A stretch of DNA of 64,000 nucleotides from positions 2,418,001-2,482,000 of the forward strand of contig JBLDXI010000002.1 of NCBI GenBank assembly GCA_047495785.1, given 5' to 3'. Positions 39,289 to 51,600 of this stretch are shown one piece after another. The position numbers and the translations under genes are program-made. The DNA comes from Lepidodermella squamata (Eukaryota; Animalia; Gastrotricha). The notes beneath the pieces were generated by a model that was not told where the DNA came from, did no database searches, and was given only the letters and a program-made list of their open reading frames with translations. How positions within the stretch are numbered: position 1 is the first letter of the stretch; every line of letters begins with the position of its first letter.

Positions 39289-41100
39289 CTACTCGGCCAG
39301 AATAAATATGAGAGCCATTATAGATATGGTTAGTGTGACTGATTTCAGGGTTATCGGCGACTCGGCACTACTCGCCTTTCGTTGCATTTGATCGACCAGC
39401 GACGTTTCGACGACATTCTCGCCGTCAGGTATCATCGAGTCGTCGGCTTTATTCGCGCCGGTTTCCGCGCTGTCGACGACCTCGGCCGGCGCTAGTTCAC
39501 TAGCTATCACGTCGCGGCACTCGTCGTCACGCGCGTTGGCCACCCACGCGTCGTTGAGCAGCAACTCGCTGTGCATTTGCGGCATTAGCAGCGCGTACTT
39601 GCGCAGGTCGGCGCAAATGTCGACCAGTTTGTCCTTGAACCGGCTGATCAGCACGGCGGTCTGCGGGTCATTGCACGGGATCGGATTGCCAGCCAGCCGC
39701 AACTCCTCGCCCACGCTGGTCAGGGCGAGTTTCCAGAATTCAGATTTAGCCAGGTAGCGAACCCCGATTTGGGACGCGTCAAGGATCCGCAAGCTTGATG
39801 CTACGTCACCCCCTGGCGATAAAAGTGGGACAAGGCCCTGAGGGTTACCGAAATCGATAGCTCCGCCACTTCGGCTGATGTACAACTCTTCGATCGGGCC
39901 AGCCCGGCAGAACGCGCCGGTAACTAGCCTCAAACCAGGGCAGTCGGACAAATCGACCCGTTGTAGCACTGTTGAGAAAGCGAACGATTTCGGCAGAACA
40001 GCTAGCTTTGAGTTGTTGGATAAATCCAAAATCTTAAGACCAGTCAATCCGAGGAGGGTGAAGCTGTCAACCTCTAGTAACCCATTTCCAGATAAATCCA
40101 GCTCAATAAGGTGCTCACCCAACGGGGCGAGTGTCCCAACGTCGATTTTCACGATACCGCAATCGCTTAGTAGCAATTTTTTTACTTTCGCACCTTGGAA
40201 TGAGGACCGATGTAGGCGTAGGCCGATGTTCCGGCTCAAGTCAACCAGTTCGAGTTGCACACCGGAGAAAGAGTTAGGCAGCAAGTCTTTGATGTTGTTG
40301 TTATCGAGGTAGATACGTTTCAAGCTTCGTAGCCCGGAAAAGGCCCAGCCTTTGATCTCGCGAATCGAATTCTGGCTGAGGTAGAGGGTCGACAGTGAGT
40401 CGGCCATAGTCGCATGGCCGAGATTCGGAACTTCGCCCAATCGGCAGAGGACGAGAACTAGAGTTCGGATCACAGCGTCACGGAACGAATTCGGCGTCAA
40501 AGTCAGACCGCCGCGTAATTTGTGAAGAAAAACCGACTCAAGCTCGGCGCCTGCAAATGCATCATCTCGAAGCACGACGGGCCGCGAATTTTCGGCGAGT
40601 TCAAAATGCTTCAGCGATTTCAACGGGCGAAATGACGCTGGTAGAATTTCCGCCACTCCGCAGTTTCGCAGGATAATTTCGGTAATATTCAGCGTTCGAG
40701 TGAAATTGCCCTGTCCGATGTGGTCGTAATTAATCCTATTCGAGCTTATGTAAAGAAACTGAGCATTGTCTGGAATAAGGGTCGATTCCTATAATTCAGC
40801 AAAAAATTGAATAATTCAACAATTTCAGAATCAATTTCTCACCTGGAGAGGCTCTACGTCAGTGTCGTTACAGGCAACTGTTGTGTTTTCCGAGTTGCAA
40901 TAGCAGTTACTCATATTCCCCTCTAAAGGGATCATCGTAGCTGCGAGTTCGTCCAGCAATGCCCCAGCTGGGTCTGTTGTAGTAGCCAGAGCGTCACCTG
41001 AAGGTTGTAGTACGATGTCGTAGAGGGCTGAAGCAGGGCCAGCGAGAGGCATCAGGATTAACACCGTCGCAAGAAAAATCAAACTGCTGCGCTCAAACAT
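39289..41100 (-). CDS. Extracellular leucine-rich-repeat protein, probably GPI-anchored (2 exons)
   Basis: Signal peptide MFERSSLIFLATVLILMPLAGPASA; LRRNT-like CYC...VAC; many LxxLxLxxNxI/L repeats; LRRCT start LAGNPIPC; C-terminal small residues (ASSA) then a hydrophobic tail with no cytoplasmic domain. Confidence 0.85.
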
Positions 41101-44100
41101 CTTCCTTAATAAAAAACGCTTCAACCACCTAGTGCGAATAAAAAAGTTTCGATTAATAACAGCTTCTTTAGGGCAACATGGCCGGTGCACTTCATCTGCA
41201 TATTTATCGCTAAGAGTAATTCAATAAGAATGTGGTCTCAAAAGCTTATGAGCTAAAATATTCAAAATAAATTAAGAAAAAATAGCAATAAATAATTTAT
41301 TATTATTACTGGCATGTAAAATGAATTGCTAAACAAAGAAAACCAGGAAAAAATAGGGAAAAAACGTAACAATTTTTATAAAATTGAATATACCAAAAGT
41401 TCATGCGATTTGAGTTTGGTAGAGCGTTAAAATCATTACTAATAGCGATGTCCTAATGTAGTAACGCTGGCGATCAAGTCGTGTTGCAATTTTTCTAACG
41501 AGTTTACTGCGCCAATTGAAAGGGCGAAACGGGCGTCGCGGCTGCTGAGGACAGTAGTAATAGGGGTCGAGCGGCGCCAAAGTGGTGTGTAATCTTCGAG
41601 TGTGTTCAGATGTGATTTATATCGCTACAGCTGGGCGCAATCGTTATTATTATTACTACCGCCGAGCGTCAAAATATTCCCTGTTATAAGTAAATAGCAG
41701 AACAAATGATCACTGCGCGTTTATGGACTGCTTTATATATATAAGGACGCGCAGTGTCCGCGCTGCTCTCTCCTCATCCGTCATCTATCGCCATCGTCCG
41801 ATCGCGTTTCCAATGAAATATTTCAATTTCGATAATAATAATAATAATAATAACAAGGCATTTAAAGATGACTGCTGTCCAGCGCGCGCTGTCGCGGTTA
41901 TTATTACGCGCAGCGCCTTGGCGGCAGGATCGCGCGCGAGACCAAGCGCAGGGGCCAGGGCGCAGAAACAAATTGGCCACTTTGCTGCAGTGTAAGGCAT
42001 AAACACGCGCGCAATAACAACAACAATAAAAGACAAAGGAGGATAAGCGTTTGCGAATTTATTACACGCAATAGCGCTATTAATATGAAGCAGAATGTCA
42101 AGATTTTGCTGCCGCCACTGCCGCCGCCGCCGCCGCCTTTCAATTCGATACACATTTGTAGCAATTTGGCTAGTACGCGCCATCGATTTTTCTTAGAGCC
42201 AGGCCTAGCGCCTGAGCGTGTGACGGCTTGTCTGGCTGGCCGCTAGTTACATGTCTCTTGACTCTTTCATGACTAGTTATTTCGGCCATTCATTCACTCG
42301 ACGCGCTCATTCAATCAGCCGGGCGCGTGCGGGTCGCGAACTCGCAAATGACAGTAGCCAGGCATTCGCTGCTTCACAGGGATTTGATTTCTTGACGTTT
42401 CGTCCACAGCCGCGTTGGCATCTTCGGAAGCGTTAGTCAAGCTGTTATAGCCGATCGTAATTATTTTACTAGATTACTATAAATAAATAAAATAGTCTAC
42501 CCTTTTAGTAATCGTTAATATTAGGACGCGCACAATATTTGCTCGGCCTAAAGTTTTGATCGTACTTATTCGGCCGATAAACATTCGACCACCTTATTTT
42601 TCGTCTCGGTTCACTGGAAAAATAACGTAATAAGAAACGAGCTTTATTTCGGACGCAACATTCATTTTGAGTGATTGCCGTTTTTGAAATAAAATATTCG
42701 AAAATTAGGTTGATTGCTGCGACGTAGTTCCGTGATCCATATAAAACCAATAAAATCCAACACCACCAAGGAGAATTAGACCAACAACAATGAAAGTCAC
42801 CGATATCTGAAATGATAATTACAGACAATGGAAATAATTATTTACGTTTTTTCTCACCAGTATATCTGTTGTTCTGTCGCCAGTTTCACCCATGTTCAAT
42901 AGCTATCGATTATAGCAGAGTTGAAAAAGCGGTCATATAAGCTAGGTAAGTGGTCTGCTGGCTCGAAGTAATGACTAACAGAGGACAAATAAATTATATG
43001 AAATCCGTGTAGTAAAACTATGAAACCAGAAACAAAACACAGCGCTGGGATTCACCATCCGCGGATATTGGCTTTGTTCTAGCTATATATATGGCTTCAT
43101 CAATCTTTTTATAATAATACATGCCAATTGTCAAAACAATGACTGCTGCTCATTACTAATGGTCCGCTGGAGCAAAAGCCATTATTTTTTTAGAATACAA
43201 AGTCAAGTTTTTGATTGGAATCGCCGCAAATTGGAAATGACCCAGTAAAACAATGGCACTGCTTGGAACAATTATTCCTTTGAAAAAATGCAACGCGGTA
43301 TAGCCAAAAAAATTGGAACAAAATGACGAAATGTCAAACTGACCTTCATTTTATACAAGACGACAAAAACAGCACTTGTCAAAAGTTTACAACTTTATTA
43401 TCGTCATTTACATCAAATTAGAATCGAGTATTTTTTCCGAGGTGTCAGCATTTGATGGATTCACAACAAGTATTTGTAACGAAAAAAAAATAGAATAAAA
43501 CCCAGATACCAAAACTAAATAAGATTCTGCATCAATGGCGAAGAAGGTGAAGCAGCAGCATCATCGATGGCACGATCTCCAAATTATTTTATACACATGC
43601 TGTGACGATACTGCGATTTCAAGTATGGCTTTGAGATAAAAGCTACAGCGTCGAATGAGCAAAAAACACGGCGAATAGATATTGCGACTGCAGCGTTATA
43701 CAAATACAAGGGCGGTGATTCGGTCGATTGTGCTGTTAAGTTTGTCCCGAGTTGACATAGAAGGCTAGATATAGGGTCAAGCAAGCCGCCGCCAGGGTGA
43801 ACATTGCTGCGAAGAGGGCCAAGAACGAGCCGGTAATATTGTAGCAATTACTATAACCCTTTGATGTATCCGCGGCCATTTTGCCGAAAAGTCAAACAGT
43901 CTCACAAATAAAACCTAAAAAAAAATACAAAAAATTATAATTTAGTAACCAAATTTTTTATTAATATAAAGATAATATATAACAAGCAGGCAGGTTACCG
44001 CGCCCCGCTTCGAGTGCCAGCGAATTGTTGTGTATTGCTCGGTAATAGCTCGACATTATTGTCCCTGTTGTTGAGCGGGGTGGAAAGAGTGCAGCGTATT

Positions 44101-45272
44101 TGCAGACCTTTACACAATAGGGATTACCAATAGGGGCGGACAAATACGGCCTAATTCGAGGTCACGTCATGCTACCGGGGTGCGGTAACGATGCCGAATC
44201 TTGATACTGCGGCTGCTGTCAAGAGATAATGAACATTGAGCACACACTTGTTGCGATTGAAGTATGCATCCGATAATGTTGGGATTATACAGAGTATTTC
44301 GAATAAGTTGCGTCCGCGTTGCCTTAGGTTTGCCCTGAATTCACGTAGAAGGCTAGGTAGACGGCCACCCCGGCGGCTATGATAACGGCAAGAGCTGCGA
44401 TCAGCGCCAGGAAGGAGGCAGCGATCGTGTAGCCGTTTGCAATGGTTGTCGCTGCCATGTTTTCTCACGTTACTTGCAACGTGTTTCAATCAATTACAGA
44501 AGAAACACACAATCCTAATGCAAGCAATAGGAAATCTTACAAACATCGCAGCAAATTTTGTGAAAGTTTTTGACCACCTGTGGATGCCATGCAATATTAT
44601 TATTTTAGCGTGGAAATTTCTTTGTGCGAAGCCCGCGGAGCGTGCGCGCTTCTGGCCACCGTTCTTTGCAACAACTTTGCAACAGTGTTTTCAAACTCTT
44701 TTTAAGCAACGCGCGTCGCCTGCTGTCGAGCTTCTTTTTTCTGCTGCGTGACACTCGCAGTTGTAAACAATGCCGAATATAATAGCTGGCGAAGATCCGG
44801 CTCGGTTGACCGCAGCAAGCCGACACAATCAAGCGTCAATTACTGTTGCAATGCGCTGCTATACATACTCTTGGAAAATATAATGAGCGCGTAAACAAAC
44901 AGCTCTGTAACGAAATTTTTCCAACGGCTTTGCAAAAACACAACATGATGGATATGATGGCTGAAACGTGCTACTGAGCTTTACTCGCGCTGGCCTCATC
45001 GTTTCACTGACAATTTTTCTCAATAGTAACCGCGCGTCTCGCCGACAACGGCCTCATCGTACAGTTTTATTCGACCTTTTTCAAAGCCAACTTATTCTAA
45101 AATAGGTCATTTTCGCCTGTCATTTTTTGTTGACAAACTAGAGGCTGCTCTGTCCCTTGTGAAATAAGGCTTAAAGCACTCAGGCAATAATGACCTCCTC
45201 TAACCCAAATAGGAAAAGAAGTGTTTATTTCTAACAATTTTCCCGAACAATTATTCAGGCTATTTTATTAGT

Positions 45273-45923
45273 TCAACTGACTAAAATTCCAGCTTCGATT
45301 TGGCCGTAGAGTCTAGCCCCTTCACTGCGCTCAGTTTTTGTCACAGAGGCATCGTCTAACATTTTCAGTTTCGGAAATTTCGAAGCCACGTAACACCTAT
45401 TTTTTTTCATAAAATTAAGAATTTAAATTTAAGGAGGCATTATTATTTACCTGTAGTCGTGAATTTCGAATGTTGTCGAAGCCATTGTAGGGCCGTTGTT
45501 TTGAGGGAATCGGTCGAAACCTTCCCCATAGGTCAAACCGGGAGTTCCAGGGTTCATCATCAAGCTTAGCCAAGTTAGGTTAGGTAGGCTAACACACAAT
45601 CGATCGACAAAGAAGGCTGTTAGATATTTCGCAGAAATAAGAAATTAATTATTAAGGCGGCCTTTTTACTTACTTAAATTGTCAATTTTATTGTTATTCA
45701 ACCATAATAACCGAAGCTCGGGCGAGTAGGGGAAGACCACGTGTGAAGTAATCGCATTTCTATCTAGCACTAGGGAGGTTAGCTTGGGGAAGTCACGGAG
45801 AAAGGCCACGTCCGAAAATTCATTCCCAGTCAAGTCCAACTCAGCGATGCCATCGGCTCCCCGAACAACCCAATCCGGCAAGGCTGCTAGTCCCTGCCCG
45901 GTAAGATTGACCTTCTTGCTCAT
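45273..45923 (-). CDS. LRMDA (C10orf11)-like small LRR protein, 3 exons
   Basis: LTSLVLDRNAI...LRLLWLNNNKIDNL, then LSLMMNPG, then YRCYVASKFPKLKMLDDASVTKTERSEG (LRRcap-like); stop at 45273. Confidence 0.75.
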
Positions 45924-46058
45924 AGTGCGGAATATACTATCCTATATCATCCGGCTTTTCTTGGGCATAAACACTTTTTCCAGAAAACACTGATAAGATA
46001 ATATAGTTTATCGTAATATTAGTTTATTTTTGTAACAAGCGCATGAATCATAGTAGCC

Positions 46059-46298
46059 TCAAACAAGCTTCTCCCCGGCACGTGACCTCAATTGATAGCC
46101 GGCGTAGTCAGCGGTGGTAGTGGTAAGGCCAGTTCGGTCCTTACTTTTATCGTCAGCGTAGTCAAGTTGAATTTCGTTCTTTTGATCGACAGTCGAGCCA
46201 ACGTAGTAGAAAATAGCAGCTCCGATGAATAGAACAGTCGCGACTATGAACATTACGCCGATGAGAGCATGGCACTGTTGCACAGTTAGGAAACTCAT
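46059..46298 (-). CDS. 79-aa single-pass membrane protein of unknown function
   Basis: MSFLTVQQCHALIGVMFIVATVLFIGAAIFYYVG followed by a polar tail; TATA-like element ~46320; AATAAA at 46028-46023. Confidence 0.6.
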   Translation of the reverse strand: MSFLTVQQCHALIGVMFIVATVLFIGAAIFYYVGSTVDQKNEIQLDYADDKSKDRTGLTTTTADYAGYQLRSRAGEKLV

Positions 46299-46686
46299 AA
46301 TGTGTAGTTGGTTTGATATTATAAAAATGTAAGAAATACTGCGTTGCGAACACGATATTCTTGAGCGCAGAAAATTGCCACTGCGTGCGACCGCGGTCGA
46401 GCTGTTTTCTTGCTTTGTTTTTGTCGTGACCGGGCTATTGTATTCGCAACGCAAACGCGCGGCAAACAATAGCCTTCAAAAAATTGGCGCAAGTTTCAGC
46501 GCGTAAATATCCAACTTCAATGGGGTAACAGAGAAGAACTTAACAATGATTCCATTTTTGTTTAAGTACCTAAGGTCCAAAATTTTTGTAAGAAATCAGA
46601 GTGAAGGCTTAGTAATTACGTATTTTTCGACGTATTTTAGAATTTTTTATACCTAAATTGGGCGATTTGTTAGACCGGCAAATCGA

Positions 46687-46821
46687 ATGGGAACAAGCAA
46701 CATCAACACTTACACAATCGTTATAGCGATTCTCGGCTTCATCGCCGCCGTATTGGGCATCATTAGCTGCATGTTCTTCCTCTACAACGCCTACTACACC
46801 CAGGCTGCTCTGACCAACTAA
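46687..46821 (+). CDS. 44-aa single-TM microprotein, copy A
   Basis: MGTSNINTYTIVIAILGFIAAVLGIISCMFFLYNAYYTQAALTN*; paralogous to copies B and C with many third-position differences; AATAAA at 47021. Confidence 0.88.
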   Translation: MGTSNINTYTIVIAILGFIAAVLGIISCMFFLYNAYYTQAALTN

Positions 46822-47373
46822 AACGGCGGGAAGCATGCATCGCTTGGCTCAACTGCTCATCTATCGTCATACGATTATTCGGATCTCCGTTATAATTGCC
46901 ACTTGTAAATTGCCTGCATGAGTTATATTAATATCCACCTTAATATCTCAACACTTTATTTTGCATGCTCAATCGATTATACTCGCATGATTTTACTGTC
47001 GGAAATTGCGCTATTATTTTAATAAATTTCTTGCCTTTGGAATATAATTGCATCGCTCCTATCTTCGAAATCGGTGAAAGGCATGTATCGCTGTTCTGCA
47101 TGTAAAATTGAATTTTTTATTAAGAGGTCGAATGACAGAAATGTCTACTTTTGCATGATATCTTCACTTGGCCTGCGCAGTTTCGATGTTCCAGTTGCGA
47201 CTTAAGTGCACGCTTAAAAACTAAATTAAGGTGGATAAGGCGCTGACTACATTTTTGTCTATAAACGGCCACCTTAATTGTTCATGATATCCGAATCTAT
47301 CTCATTCCACTGTTTTGAGAAATTCTTTCTAGTTGGCTCTGTAATAGGTGTTTCAATAATACGCTGATATATT

Positions 47374-47508
47374 ATGGGAACAAACAATATTAATACCTAT
47401 ACTATCGTCATTGCTATTCTTGGATTCCTCAGTGCGATCCTGACCCTCATCAGCTGCATGTTCTTCTTGTACAACGCCTACTACGTCCAGGCCAACCTGA
47501 CGAACTGA
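47374..47508 (+). CDS. 44-aa single-TM microprotein, copy B
   Basis: MGTNNINTYTIVIAILGFLSAILTLISCMFFLYNAYYVQANLTN*; TATAAA at 47260. Confidence 0.88.
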   Translation: MGTNNINTYTIVIAILGFLSAILTLISCMFFLYNAYYVQANLTN

Positions 47509-47725
47509 CGGACATCACCTGCGCAACGACAACGTGTAAAATCAAAAACGAATATGCAGCTAATATAAAAAAAATGACGCAATCTTCTGTTTTTTTTCTG
47601 TGCAAATATTAATATGAAACTCACCTTGAAATTTTTGCTCAAATGAACACGTTTTTTTATTGATGATTTCTACTTTTTTTTTAGGTGGATTGATTTATTT
47701 GATTTATTATCTCATTTGAGCTATA

Positions 47726-47910
47726 ATGGGAACAAATAACGTCAACACTTTCACAATTGTTGTCGCTATTGCTGGATTTATCGGTAAGTCATTCCGGTTT
47801 TGCTGTAATTTTTGTCTCTATCATTTTTTTTAGGCGCTGTCATCACTATGATCAGCAGTATGTTCTTCCTCTACAACGCCTACTACACTCAAGCCGGCCT
47901 AACCAACTAG
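47726..47910 (+). CDS. 44-aa single-TM microprotein, copy C (exons 47726-47783 and 47834-47910)
   Basis: Removing the 50-nt GTAAGT...TTTTTTTTAG intron (47784-47833) gives MGTNNVNTFTIVVAIAGFIGAVITMISSMFFLYNAYYTQAGLTN*, gap-free against A and B; AATAAA at 48044. Confidence 0.88.
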
Positions 47911-48651
47911 TGACATTGGAGCTGGGCTCTAATGATCGAACTTGCCTAAAAGTTGCCAAATACTCGCCATTATACAACTGATGAGAATATTGAAGAAAGC
48001 CAATCATTATTTTCTTCATCATCTTGCTCAACACATTTTGCCAAATAAATTACGAAAAAAAAATATCAACAATTCGCGTCGTCTTTACTTTCAATTTTTC
48101 TTTTCGTTTCTCAAAGAACAATAGGTTTGGTCAGCAAGATGAGTCTTGATGCTTGTTATAACACAAAGAAGAGGAGACAAAATCATCACTGTCGCATCAA
48201 CAATTTTACAAAATGCTGTGAATGAAATATAGCAGTAGAATGTCACATTAGGAAAAAATGCTATTCCAAATAAATTGCACTGAAATTTTTGATAAAAAAT
48301 AATAAAATATAATATGACCTTCATCGCCGATATACCGTGTTTGAGGGTGATGATGATGATGATGAACAATAATTTTCTCGAATAATATAATCCATCAAAA
48401 CAGCAAGCGTGAAATGAGAGTAGTATAGTTGAAAAATAATAAAATCTTTAGTAGTTTCACAGCCGAATTCACAGTAGTATAATGTCCGAACATCAGCGAA
48501 AAATAGTATAATCTGTCGCCCGGGAATATTCATCATAATATATATATATATATATATATTAATAAACAGCTGCGTATACACTTGCAATCGTGTGAGCAGT
48601 TCATCAACAATGAGTCTAGAAAACAAGATAGAGAAGTGAGTTGAGATTCAT

Positions 48652-51600
48652 TCACGAGCGTAGGTGCGTGCGAGAGGCCGACGGGAAAACGATGCCGCCA
48701 CTCGAGCCGTTGTTGTTGTTGTTATCAGGCGTCGACGGGTTCGGCTGGACTCGAGGCGTCATCAGGTCAATCGGCTGGTTATTAGCCGGCGGCGAGCTGA
48801 GATTCGCGGAGATCGCAGCGCGCGATTGCGTGAATTGCTGCTGCAAACGGCCTAGCAGGGCCGGGATCATTACCGAATGCGGTAGAAGCCCGGGTGATGA
48901 GGCCGGTTTCGGCGCGGCTTGCTGCGATTGTTGCGCCTGTTGCTTCAAATTGAAAAATATCGAAGTTAGACGCGGGTCTGAAATCGAGTCCGACGTTGAC
49001 AGGAATTGACTGAAGGGATCACTGGCAACGTTCGACGCCGGCGGTGGGGTGGCTTTTGGGGCGGGAGATGGGCTGCTGTCCTGGCCGGACCCAACGCCTG
49101 AGTTGCGCATCAACCAACAGAATAAATTGGGCGACTCGCGGAAATGCGACAGGTGGGCGTGGAGCTGGGCAATCCGCGCCTCGGCGAGTTCAGGTGTTGG
49201 AAAACTTCGTCGAGCGAATAATTCTAGCGCTCGTTGGTACTCGGCGGCGACCGCGGCAACTCGCGCCGGCTCGGTCAGGCCGCGTTGTTCCGTGTTGAAG
49301 AACAACATACCACACATAATAGCGAATTCTGTGATAGTCATCCTCGCGGTTTTTACAGTACCCGGGGCTGTTGCGCCCCGCGCCGACGCTCCGGTCAGGT
49401 ACTTGATAATGACTTCACGCATGAGCGGCGACGCCTGTGGCAGTTGCAGGCGCTGCGCCTCAACCGGGTCAAGGGACATTTGCGCGAAGAAGAGCGGGAA
49501 CGCGGCGTCGACGAACAGCAAATTGCGGTCGGCGAAGTGGATGTGTGAGTGGCCGAACAGCGATCGGACGTACTGCAGCAGCTGGTTGGCGTTGTCTTCG
49601 AAGTGGCGCATCAGCGTCGACCACACCTGGTCGATGGTCATGCCGGGCGAGATGATGTTGCGGCCTTGCTGCGATAGCGCCTCCAGCACCTTGACGCTGC
49701 GAACGGCCTGCGATGCCAGCCACTCGCCGCGAGCTGCCGCTACGAAGTTCGAGACAGGCCCGTCCGGCTGGGCGCCGGCTAACCCCGCCGCTGGCCAGTT
49801 GTACGGCGAAGATGCGAGCATGAGCGACGCGTCATTCGCCGGCGCCGATTGCCCGCCAGACGCCGCGGCTGGGTTCTGCAACTCAGCGGTCAGCGCTAGG
49901 CCGGTCAGGTTGAATCGAGCTCGAGCGCAGTCGAACAGCCATGCTAGATTTGCCAGCCTAATACAATAGAAAATAGGGTAATTTTCAGGTCTTTCACATT
50001 GTAATCATAATAATTTTAGAGAATCATGTGGTTCATGATGCTTGTTTTTTCAATTTGTTCAGCAGGGCAGACGTTGATTTAAAATGACACGAAAGTCCGA
50101 ATTTGTCGTAAAACAGCTCATTAAGGGGCATACATTGTATTTGTAACAAATTATATGATTAGCCCAGTTATCTATGTCCTAGGTCTTTCAGAAATTAATG
50201 GAATTGGAACTGCCACTACGAATCAAAATCAATCAAGGATATGACCCAATATTACCGCTGAGGCGTGAATCAACGTCATATCAGATATACGGGGTGAAAC
50301 TAATTGTCTCAATTGCTACTCCAAGGTCAACCAGAAAATTACGCATTAAATTTTGCGTAATACATATTTTACGTTATGGACAGATCATGCACTCGAAAGA
50401 TGAGCGCATTTCGTAAAACTATCGTCCTTGCACCTCGAGATCAATTTTTTAGAAAGAAACACGAGCTATTCTAGATCCATGAAAAGAGGATTCAATGAAG
50501 CTTTTCGCCAGGTATTAATCGGATTTTCGGATATTCAATTGAACCCAAAAGGGTACCAAACCTTGTTTGTTGGAAAATCAGCGAAAATAAAAAAGCAACC
50601 TTAATTTTTTTAGTATATTTTTTCAGAAAACTTACGAAGGTGAAGGAGCCGGCGTTGCGATTGATGCGGCATTAGTCGGCGACTGAGCCGAGGCCCGAGC
50701 AAAGCTTTCAGTTATCAGCGAGCTGAACGGCAATGATGCAGTCGGTTTAGGCGACTGGTCTGCCTGCTCGGCGTGTTGTCTGCTCGCGGCGATGGCTGAG
50801 CGCAGGCTCGCGAACACTGACTCCTGGACGCTGCTGGCGAAGTTTTGCGGCGGTGGTTCGAGATCAGCGCGAGGCGACGGCTCCGGCGGCGCCATCTGAG
50901 CGCCGGAACTCGCTTGCTTGAGCATAGCCATAGCCATCAGCATGCGATTTGCCACTGCCATTTTTGCATCAGAGCTTCCACAGTCTGTCGACGCTGGCCT
51001 ATCAGCGGTAGATGGCCGCTTGTCGGGCGGCGGGGGCGAGTCGTCATGCTGCGCAACAACTTCGCCGCCGAATCCGCCGAGCGGGCGCTTTCGGAATGGT
51101 AGGCAACTGCCATCAACGGGCGAAATCGAAGGGCTGTCGCTGTTGTTCGAAACGGCGCTGACGGATTGTTTGAGATTGACCGGCTGCTGGCCTGGATAAG
51201 GTGAAGTCGACATGATGTCAATTTGGCAACAAAAGCCACGTGAAAAGCTATGTGGCCGCAGCAAAGCCGCAGCAGCTATTACTATAGGGGACCCGGTTAT
51301 ATTGTGAAAATGCAACTTATTTACGCTTCTGCTTCCATTGTTTTGCCGGCGCGGGTGCTTTTCAAATTAAACGAGGCGCTTTTTGCCTACACGCGCTCAA
51401 AAAAATGTGTGTTGTATAAAGCGAAGCCAGGGTCGTGAGATGAACGCATACACATGCCGCGATGCAAGACTAAATTGCCTCGTCGCGCGCGTCCTCGAAA
51501 CAAACTTTTTTTTTACCTGAAACAGTGGCGCTATCCAGTTCATTGGCCGTCGCTCGGTTGCCGTGATGATTCATCGCGGCGATAAATGACTGCGGGACAT

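Noticed and set aside
41200-45200. Short ORFs in the LRR-LRMDA interval
   Set aside because: No domain signal, exon chain or paralogy; more likely regulatory or non-coding. A small gene cannot be excluded.
46687-46704. N-myristoylation of the microproteins (MG start)
   Set aside because: Gly2 is conserved, but residue 6 is Ile/Val rather than the preferred Ser/Thr; not supportable without a predictor or MS data.
49049-49969. 306-aa plus-strand ORF
   Set aside because: Antisense shadow of the GC-rich nuclear receptor exon; no recognisable motifs.
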